Shown one piece after another: positions 47,090 through 52,854 of a stretch of DNA of 56,408 nt. The number at the start of each line of letters is the position of its first letter. Position 1 is the first letter of the stretch. Source of the stretch: Candidatus Parcubacteria bacterium (lineage in GTDB: Bacteria; Patescibacteriota; Minisyncoccia; Phycocordibacterales; UBA6065); assembly GCA_039796155.1 (NCBI GenBank), contig JBDKKJ010000007.1:1-56408 (forward strand), read 5' to 3'. Below the pieces are notes generated by a model. The model saw only the letters and a list, made by a program, of their open reading frames with translations. It did no database searches and was not told the DNA's origin. The position numbers were made by a program, and so were the translations under genes.

Positions 47090-48166
47090 TTAGTCTTTAA
47101 GCCAATACCAATACTGATTTTTCAGATCTTCCGTTAACTCGTAAGTATTTGCATGAGACAAAACACCCAAGTATGACTGCATACTTTGATGTAGATTATT
47201 TTCAGGAATCAGACCTCTCTGGTAGTACAGCATCTTTTTGCGTATATTTCTCAAGACTCTCTTTTTGGTTTTCGCCCGTAACAATCGATAATGCGGAAAT
47301 ATGACATACCCGAGGAAATCTATGCCCTCGTTAAATTTGCGAATGGATATCTTATTCGGATGGAGTTCAAGTTTCAGTCGTTCTCTCAAAAAATCCTGTA
47401 ATTTAGGCAACAATTCTTCGAGGTACTTTCTATCCTCTGATATAATCATGAAATCATCGGTGTATCGTGCGTAATTTTTCACACGAAGCCCATGCTTAAC
47501 AAATTGATCAAACTCGTTCATATAAATATTGGCAAAAATCTGCGAAGTCAGGTTGCCGATGGGCACCCCTTTGCTGTTCGTCGTAAAAAGCGACAGCGTC
47601 TTACTCTCTCTCAAAGTGCCGCACATTCTGTAACTCTCAATAACCTCTTCCAAAAGAGAAATCGTCTTTTGATCTTTAATTTTCTTAATAAGGATATTTT
47701 TCAGTACCTCATGGTCGACGGAGTCAAAAAATTTTCTGACGTCGCATTTCAGGGCGTAGCATGGACGTGTGTTATTTCTACTCGTCGCGCGAAGCATGTT
47801 GACAACTTTCTCCACGCCTTTGTGGGTACCTTTGTCGATACGGCACGAGAACGAATCGTCGATAAATGTCGGCTCAAATATTTTATTCAACACGGCAAAG
47901 GTGGCGTGGTGAAGCACTCTGTCACGAACGACCGCTTTGTGTATCCGCCTGAGTTTAGGATCATGGATCCAAAAGCCTTTATATGGCCCATGCCGATACG
48001 TTTCATTCTTCAGGTCGCGGTACAAGTCAAAAATATTTTGCTCGATATGGAGCTCAAACTCAGCGACATCAGGCTTGTTCCTTTTATCGGACTTGAATAT
48101 CTCCCAAGCCCTGAATAGGGATTTGGGAGATATTATCGACCAATGTAAATCCTTATAAATCTTCAT
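47090..48166 (-). CDS. DGR-type reverse transcriptase
   Basis: 358 aa. RT motifs including the DGR hallmark PIGNLTSQIFANIYM (IGxxxSQ) and catalytic YTDD. It lies adjacent to Avd and the TR. Confidence 0.9.
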   Translation of the reverse strand: MKIYKDLHWSIISPKSLFRAWEIFKSDKRNKPDVAEFELHIEQNIFDLYRDLKNETYRHGPYKGFWIHDPKLRRIHKAVVRDRVLHHATFAVLNKIFEPTFIDDSFSCRIDKGTHKGVEKVVNMLRATSRNNTRPCYALKCDVRKFFDSVDHEVLKNILIKKIKDQKTISLLEEVIESYRMCGTLRESKTLSLFTTNSKGVPIGNLTSQIFANIYMNEFDQFVKHGLRVKNYARYTDDFMIISEDRKYLEELLPKLQDFLRERLKLELHPNKISIRKFNEGIDFLGYVIFPHYRLLRAKTKKRVLRNIRKKMLYYQRGLIPENNLHQSMQSYLGVLSHANTYELTEDLKNQYWYWLKD

Positions 48167-48168
48167 AT

Positions 48169-48519
48169 ATGAATGACTTAGATATACCGATTTTCAAGAA
48201 GAGTTACGATCTCTACAAGGATTTCTATAATCTGCGACTATCCGTTCCCAAGCAAGACCGCTACACGCTCTGGCAAAAGTGCGAAAGCCTGCTTATCGAA
48301 GTCCTGGAAGGAGTCTTGTTTGCCAGCCAACAATCAAAGTTAGAGAAACTGCCGACCCTCGAGAAGACGAGCGTCAAACTTAATTTTCTGCGAGTCTGCA
48401 TCCGCCTCATGAAGGACATCAAGGCGATTGACGCCAAGAAATACATCATCATCGAGGCGAACCTTGATGAGATAGGAAGAATGCTCGGAGGCTGGATTAA
48501 GTCGACGAAAGATCGTTAA
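48169..48519 (+). CDS. avd: four-helix-bundle accessory variability determinant (Avd-like)
   Basis: 116 aa. PKQDRYTLWQK...EIGRMLGGWIK pattern of the four-helix-bundle / 23S-rRNA-IVS protein family used as DGR Avd. Confidence 0.8.
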   Translation: MNDLDIPIFKKSYDLYKDFYNLRLSVPKQDRYTLWQKCESLLIEVLEGVLFASQQSKLEKLPTLEKTSVKLNFLRVCIRLMKDIKAIDAKKYIIIEANLDEIGRMLGGWIKSTKDR

Positions 48520-48521
48520 CA

Positions 48522-48548
48522 GAAACTTCCGCTTTTGGCGGAAGTTTC
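48522..48548. other. 11-bp hairpin immediately 3' of the TR (minus-strand sense)
   Basis: GAAACTTCCGC-TTTTG-GCGGAAGTTTC. No U-tract on either strand, so it is not a canonical terminator. Confidence 0.6.
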
Positions 48549-48568
48549 CTCGGATAGAGCTATGACTG

Positions 48569-48683
48569 CCTGGCGGCCGACAACCCGATGTTGTCGTTGC
48601 GGTTGTCATCCCTGTAGTTGTTGACGTTGAGCCCGTCGGAATCGAAGTTGCCAACGTTGACGCGGTTACCGTCCGAGTCGAGA
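48569..48683 (-). repeat. DGR template repeat (TR), 115 nt
   Basis: The reverse complement aligns without gaps to 49838-49952. It has 29 adenines, many in AAC codons. Confidence 0.9.
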
Positions 48684-48724
48684 TATTGCCCGCTTCCATC
48701 TGTGTCACCGAGAATCGAGGTTTA

Positions 48725-48925
48725 CTACCTTTGCAGGTCTATATCCTCCCATCTCTGAATTTTATTCGGAAGCAACTTCCATGCAATTGAGCCTGAAAGC
48801 ATCTCCTCTAGAAGCAGGCAAGAAGTTCTCTCTATCCTTAATCGCACTCTGCCGTGATCCGTAAACCACTGGCACTCTGGCGAATCTTCAGGTGAGATAT
48901 CTCGCGAACTTGAACCGTAATCCAA
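48725..48925 (-). CDS. questionable 66-aa ORF upstream of the TR
   Basis: ORF only. It lies between the leftward promoter candidate and the TR; no family recognised. Confidence 0.2.
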   Translation of the reverse strand: MDYGSSSRDISPEDSPECQWFTDHGRVRLRIERTSCLLLEEMLSGSIAWKLLPNKIQRWEDIDLQR

Positions 48926-48947
48926 GCTACATTAGCAAGATACAGCT

Positions 48948-48977
48948 AGTATACTGCACCAATTGACAGATTGCCAA
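48948..48977 (-). promoter_or_regulatory. candidate sigma70-like promoter reading leftward (toward TR/RT)
   Basis: On the minus strand: TTGGCA (48977-48972), 18-nt spacer, TATACT (48953-48948). Confidence 0.4.
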
Positions 48978-48982
48978 AATCA

Positions 48983-49011
48983 TTGACAAATAGTAATTTC
49001 TTCGCTATACT
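48983..49011 (+). promoter_or_regulatory. candidate sigma70-like promoter of the DGR target gene
   Basis: TTGACA (48983-48988), 17-nt spacer, TATACT (49006-49011); 110 nt upstream of the ATG at 49122. Confidence 0.55.
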
Positions 49012-49121
49012 ACACAAGCAGTTCTTTGATAGAGAATCACTGTTGAGACGAGCTTCTTGGGCCTTATTTAGGGCTTAAAAAACTCGTCTCAACTGAGGCA
49101 AGTCGTACTTCTCGGAATCGT

Positions 49122-49961
49122 ATGTCCGAAACACCAGTCGTCCAAAGTAAATATAACTGCGGGCTAACAGTGGAGATACATACCATGAAATGGACAGAAA
49201 TACCGTCAGGTCAAGTCAACGGGGCATTCCAACGCCTCATGAACGCATTCGGCGATCGTGCCGATACGATCGTGGAAAGAATCAATGCAGATGAAGCAGT
49301 CGCACCCCGCGTGGCAACGCTGTGTTGCCACAACGGTTATGAACCATCGGTCTCGCAGGCGAAAGCAGGCGAGGTCATGGGCAAAAACTTCTTCGGCATC
49401 GAGGAAGTCCAAAAGCACTTCGGTGTCACTCTCTCGAAACGGCATCTCGCCTACATGGCCGAGATTCCGTTCTCCGAGGAAGTGCTCAGCGAATGTAAGG
49501 ACACTCACGTCCTTGTTGCTTACGCTCCCATGGCAATTGTCGCCGTTCGGGCAAAAACCGCGAGTGTCAAACTCCCGCCAAAGCATCGTATGTTCTACCA
49601 GCAGGACTGGTATGACAACAACGAGGTGGGAAACGGTGCGGGTGCGCTCGAATGGCACCTTGTCCGCAAGACCTCGATTCCCGATTCGAAGTCGAAGACT
49701 TGGCAGGAGCAACAGGATTTGCTTGATCGTAAGATCGACGAAACCCCTGAAGCGAATGTCATGGTCTATACGATCATCGGACACTTCCTAGCCACTGGCG
49801 AACGCCTGTTCGAGAAGGAGTATGTGCGCACGCGCACTCTCGACTCGTTCGGTGACCGCGTCAACGTTGGCTACTTCGATTCCGGCGGGCTCTTCGTCTA
49901 CTTCTACAGGGGTGACGACCGCAGCGACAACATCGGGTTGTCGGCCGCCAGGAAGCAGTGA
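49122..49961 (+). CDS. DGR target (variable) protein with C-terminal VR
   Basis: 279 aa. The last roughly 40 codons are the VR. The C-terminus ...GYFDSGGLFVYFYRGDDRSDNIGLSAARKQ resembles the variable end of C-type-lectin-fold DGR targets. No signal peptide is seen. Confidence 0.85.
   Translation: MSETPVVQSKYNCGLTVEIHTMKWTEIPSGQVNGAFQRLMNAFGDRADTIVERINADEAVAPRVATLCCHNGYEPSVSQAKAGEVMGKNFFGIEEVQKHFGVTLSKRHLAYMAEIPFSEEVLSECKDTHVLVAYAPMAIVAVRAKTASVKLPPKHRMFYQQDWYDNNEVGNGAGALEWHLVRKTSIPDSKSKTWQEQQDLLDRKIDETPEANVMVYTIIGHFLATGERLFEKEYVRTRTLDSFGDRVNVGYFDSGGLFVYFYRGDDRSDNIGLSAARKQ
49838..49952 (+). repeat. DGR variable repeat (VR), 115 nt
   Basis: 102/115 identity to the TR. 12 of the 13 differences lie at TR adenines (7 A-to-T, 5 A-to-G). 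Confidence 0.9.
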
Positions 49962-49999
49962 GTCTTGATCCCTTGAGGACTTAATCCTCTTGAATCCTT

Positions 50000-50036
50000 G
50001 AGGCTTCGCGAATTTTTTTCGCGAAGCCTCTTTTTA
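50000..50036 (+). terminator. strong intrinsic terminator downstream of the VR
   Basis: 13-bp stem GAGGCTTCGCGAA/TTCGCGAAGCCTC with a 5-nt T loop, followed by TTTTTAT. Confidence 0.75.
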
Positions 50037-50092
50037 TATTTAAACTACATAAAACCTATATTCTAAGCTATACCAGTCCTGTGCGACCGAGA

Positions 50093-50116
50093 CGGTTCGA
50101 TTCCTGTTGCGGCAAC
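50093..50116 (+). other. degenerate tRNA 3'-end-like fragment (possible att remnant)
   Basis: GGTTCGATTCCTGTTGCGGCAACA versus the tRNA-Gln 3' end GGTTCGATTCCAAGTCCGGCAACCA. No cloverleaf. Confidence 0.35.
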
Positions 50117-50124
50117 AAATTGAT

Positions 50125-50604
50125 TTAGTTGGTTTTAGAAAAAGCAGAAACTATTTGATGAAAGAATTTTCCTTTTGCTGCCCCATACTCCGCTTTGCTT
50201 TTTCCTTCATAACGTCGCTTGAGATCATTGAGTTCATGTAGCTCATTTGGATTTGCTTTTAAGTAATCTCTTAGATTTACAAATTGATCCAATGAAGACC
50301 CTATTACCGTTACCACGATATCTATGTTTGCTACATCATCCTTAAAACAAGCAAAACCTGTGTCCCAGCTATCTGGGCGATGTGCTCGATAACATGGCTC
50401 AAGGCGCTCTTTTGTCTTTTCAAATTTACCGGCCTCAACCCTAATGTTTATGTCTAAATCACCTTGCGTGATTGATCCTGGCACAGATGTGCCACCTACG
50501 TGTTCTATCATCACGTCACCAAGAATACTTAAAAGTTTTTTCTTTTCAACCTCAAAGAGATCAACCACATCAACATTTATTTCTCGAAAAGACATTTGAT
50601 ACAT
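50125..50604 (-). CDS. GrpB-family (nucleotidyltransferase-fold) protein
   Basis: 159 aa. IEHVGGTSVPG...GDLDINI pattern of GrpB/UPF0157. Confidence 0.65.
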   Translation of the reverse strand: MYQMSFREINVDVVDLFEVEKKKLLSILGDVMIEHVGGTSVPGSITQGDLDINIRVEAGKFEKTKERLEPCYRAHRPDSWDTGFACFKDDVANIDIVVTVIGSSLDQFVNLRDYLKANPNELHELNDLKRRYEGKSKAEYGAAKGKFFHQIVSAFSKTN

Positions 50605-50651
50605 ACGTGCTTGTAATTATGTCATAAAAACATTCACCACAATCAAACCAA

Positions 50652-50680
50652 GGTTCCAACATCGTCCCAACCCCCTGACA
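50652..50680 (+). repeat. 29-nt island direct repeat, copy R3
   Basis: GGTTCCAACATCGTCCCAACCCCCTGACA. The first 18 nt are identical to the consensus; the 3' part diverges. Confidence 0.8.
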
Positions 50681-50747
50681 AAAAGCTTTTTCATTCTTGT
50701 GTATGAAAACAGCCCCCATTTCTGGGGACTGTCGCAAACAAGACGGT

Positions 50748-51524
50748 TTACTCTGGCCCAAACAATCTGGGGTCCGGTGTAAGCCCGAGCATGCGGATGC
50801 CTTCAGCCGCGTGCTCGTCACGTTTTTCGTGATTCCTGCTTCCTAATAGATCAAAGAATCGTGTGGCATCGATACTTGCCCGCTCCAGACCTTTGGCGAG
50901 AGGTTTTAACTTGCCTTCGAAATACGCCATATTAACAGCATTCTCGCCCGCAAGAGAAATGAGCCTCTCGACAATTGCAACGTCCTGGTTGAAACCTATT
51001 TGCCGGTATAGATCATCCAGAAGCTTTGCCACATCAGGTCGTTTCCTTTTTGTGGCACGACGAACGTTGAAATTGGTCATTGCTTCGTTCAAAACTTCGA
51101 GCCTGACTTCCCGTTTGATACACACCCCACCGACGAAAACTTGCGTTCCCGTTGCTGGCCCGATCTCAACGACGACTTCGCCATCTTGATCAACGCCCAG
51201 TGTCTTCACGATTTTGCGATGCGATATTCCGTGCATTACTTCATGAGCAATAACAAAGAATGCGTCGACAAACACTGGTGGTAACGAATCTTGATTCTTG
51301 CCTGCATAGAGAATGCGACCTGCAAAGGTAGGGGTGACGAGCACGTGATGATTCACGGGATCGTACCCTGCCTCAGAGAGACCTTCTTTTTGCGAGGCGC
51401 AAATTTCATGATTCGTGGTGCGTAACTTGAGAGTATCGAGGATGGAGCGTCTTTCGGGAAAAGCCCCTGCCATCATGACGATTATTGATTTAAAGAACTG
51501 TTTTATTACTTCTTGGTCATTCAT
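50748..51524 (-). CDS. hypothetical protein with HExxH motif (putative zinc metallopeptidase)
   Basis: 258 aa. FFVIAHEVMHGISH. A terminator hairpin (CAGCCCCCA/TGGGGACTG, 50711-50735) lies downstream on the minus strand. Confidence 0.5.
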   Translation of the reverse strand: MNDQEVIKQFFKSIIVMMAGAFPERRSILDTLKLRTTNHEICASQKEGLSEAGYDPVNHHVLVTPTFAGRILYAGKNQDSLPPVFVDAFFVIAHEVMHGISHRKIVKTLGVDQDGEVVVEIGPATGTQVFVGGVCIKREVRLEVLNEAMTNFNVRRATKRKRPDVAKLLDDLYRQIGFNQDVAIVERLISLAGENAVNMAYFEGKLKPLAKGLERASIDATRFFDLLGSRNHEKRDEHAAEGIRMLGLTPDPRLFGPE

Positions 51525-51675
51525 TAGTAAGAGGTTTTTCCTCTGTGTTTTGGTTGTTATTGTTGATAAAAGTGACTATTATATTATACCATATAATTCA
51601 TATATATGCAACACCTACATATTAGTTCAATAGTTTGGAATTACGCTCCAAATTCCAGAATATAATTTAAAATAA

Positions 51676-51703
51676 GCTCCAACATCGTCCCAGACGCCCA
51701 ACA
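51676..51703 (+). repeat. 29-nt island direct repeat, copy R4
   Basis: GCTCCAACATCGTCCCAGACGCCCAACA (one deletion and two substitutions versus the consensus). Confidence 0.8.
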
Positions 51704-51741
51704 AATATTTTTTAAAACGTTTTATAGAGTAATATTAACTA

Positions 51742-52074
51742 ATGTTTGAGCTTCAAACTTTAATACACTACGGACTCCATTTTCTAGCACCAGGTTTACT
51801 ATCCTGGGTCTTTTTTAGACAAGTTTGGAAGCCGAGTTGGTTATTAATGATAGTGACGATGCTGGTTGATTTAGATCATCTCTGGGCATCTCCAGTGTTT
51901 GATGCCGCTAGGTGTAGTATCGACTTCCATCCACTACACTCAATGTATGCAATCGGTATATATTTTCTATTGCTTCTGGTTCCTAACAAGTATATAAGAA
52001 TCCTAGCACTTGGTTTGTTGTTGCATATGGCTGTGGATTTTCAGGATTGCTTATGGATCACTTACTCCTCATAA
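51742..52074 (+). CDS. hypothetical membrane protein (DUF6122-like)
   Basis: 110 aa, three or four TM helices, conserved His/Asp (DLDHL, HMAVD). The stop is 21 nt before R5. Confidence 0.5.
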   Translation: MFELQTLIHYGLHFLAPGLLSWVFFRQVWKPSWLLMIVTMLVDLDHLWASPVFDAARCSIDFHPLHSMYAIGIYFLLLLVPNKYIRILALGLLLHMAVDFQDCLWITYSS

Positions 52075-52095
52075 GCCTTAGCTTTGGTTAATTAG

Positions 52096-52124
52096 GGTTC
52101 CAACATCGTCCCAGACCCCCAACA
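52096..52124 (+). repeat. 29-nt island direct repeat, copy R5
   Basis: GGTTCCAACATCGTCCCAGACCCCCAACA; identical to R2 (30 nt including the preceding G). Confidence 0.9.
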
Positions 52125-52153
52125 ATAAAAAAGCACCGTATCACTACGGTGCT
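52125..52153 (-). terminator. intrinsic terminator
   Basis: AGCACCGTA-TCAC-TACGGTGCT hairpin. The plus-strand A-run upstream gives a T-tract on the minus strand, downstream of the gene ending at 52166. Confidence 0.65.
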
Positions 52154-52165
52154 ACCTACTCCAGG

Positions 52166-52786
52166 CTACAAAAACAATTCGCCGATTTCTTGCCAACTTC
52201 TAACTCGGTTACTGATTCCAGTGACGGAATCATTCACTCCATGCGGATCAAATAAAAATGACGGAAGAATCTCCTGAACATTCAAAATCTCCGGCACAGA
52301 GTCGTCTACAAACGCAACCTTGTCACCCTCGAATCTAGCAATAAAATCTCGTTTGGACCGTTCCTTAAAGACTTTATCTCCTGTGTATTCCCACACACAG
52401 TGCACACCGCTGATGCAGTTGGGCACGTGAGTGTCGAGTAAACCAAGGATAACCGGCAGACCAATTGTCTGCCGAGCGGTCACCGTCCACAACTCATACC
52501 TTTCGGCGAGACGTGGAAGGACCGTCGTAACTCCCGGCAACGGCTCGACACCCTGGTGGGTTTCGTGACAGCGCAGGAAGTTTTCGGCGAAATCGAGATA
52601 CACATCATCTTCATTGGTAACTTCACCGCCCAAATAGCGATTGATTATTTTATTGAAGCGAGGGTTATTAACATAATCAGAGGCAACAGAATGTATACCG
52701 TAGCGCTTATTAATATAAGCACCTATGGCTGGAGTAGTATCAAACTTTAAACCATCAAAATCAAAGAACAGAACAGGTCTTTTCAT
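52166..52786 (-). CDS. HAD-superfamily hydrolase-like protein
   Basis: 206 aa. N-terminal FFDFDG motif I-like sequence and a later VDDS motif. Confidence 0.6.
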   Translation of the reverse strand: MKRPVLFFDFDGLKFDTTPAIGAYINKRYGIHSVASDYVNNPRFNKIINRYLGGEVTNEDDVYLDFAENFLRCHETHQGVEPLPGVTTVLPRLAERYELWTVTARQTIGLPVILGLLDTHVPNCISGVHCVWEYTGDKVFKERSKRDFIARFEGDKVAFVDDSVPEILNVQEILPSFLFDPHGVNDSVTGISNRVRSWQEIGELFL

Positions 52787-52854
52787 ACGGCTTCTCTACC
52801 CTACAGTTTGAACAGGCGCAGGTCAACAATTTTGAACTTTGATATACTTTTTAC

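Larger units (their letters stand above)
47090..50036. mobile_element. diversity-generating retroelement (RT, Avd, TR, target gene with VR)
   Basis: All four canonical components are present. The TR/VR pair differs almost only at TR adenines. Confidence 0.9.

Noticed and set aside
48340-48708. 122-aa minus-strand ORF (MTQMEAGNISTRTVTASTLATS...)
   Set aside because: It is the TR and the antisense of avd read in an open frame. The low-complexity T/S/G-rich translation overlaps the well-supported Avd gene.
49206-49791. 192-aa minus-strand and 177-aa plus-strand ORFs inside the DGR target gene
   Set aside because: These are alternative frames kept open by locally high GC. The target frame is the one containing the VR in register with the AAC codons of the TR.
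46531-49935. Shared 8-mer CAACATCG between the 29-nt island repeat and the 3' end of the TR/VR, as a hint that the repeats are extra DGR homing sites
   Set aside because: Only 8 contiguous nt match and the flanks are unrelated. I estimate the chance expectation for such a match at several percent, so it is treated as coincidence.
46529-52124. The five 29-nt direct repeats as a CRISPR array
   Set aside because: Spacings are 377-3746 bp, far larger and more irregular than CRISPR spacers. The intervals contain complete genes, and no cas genes are present.
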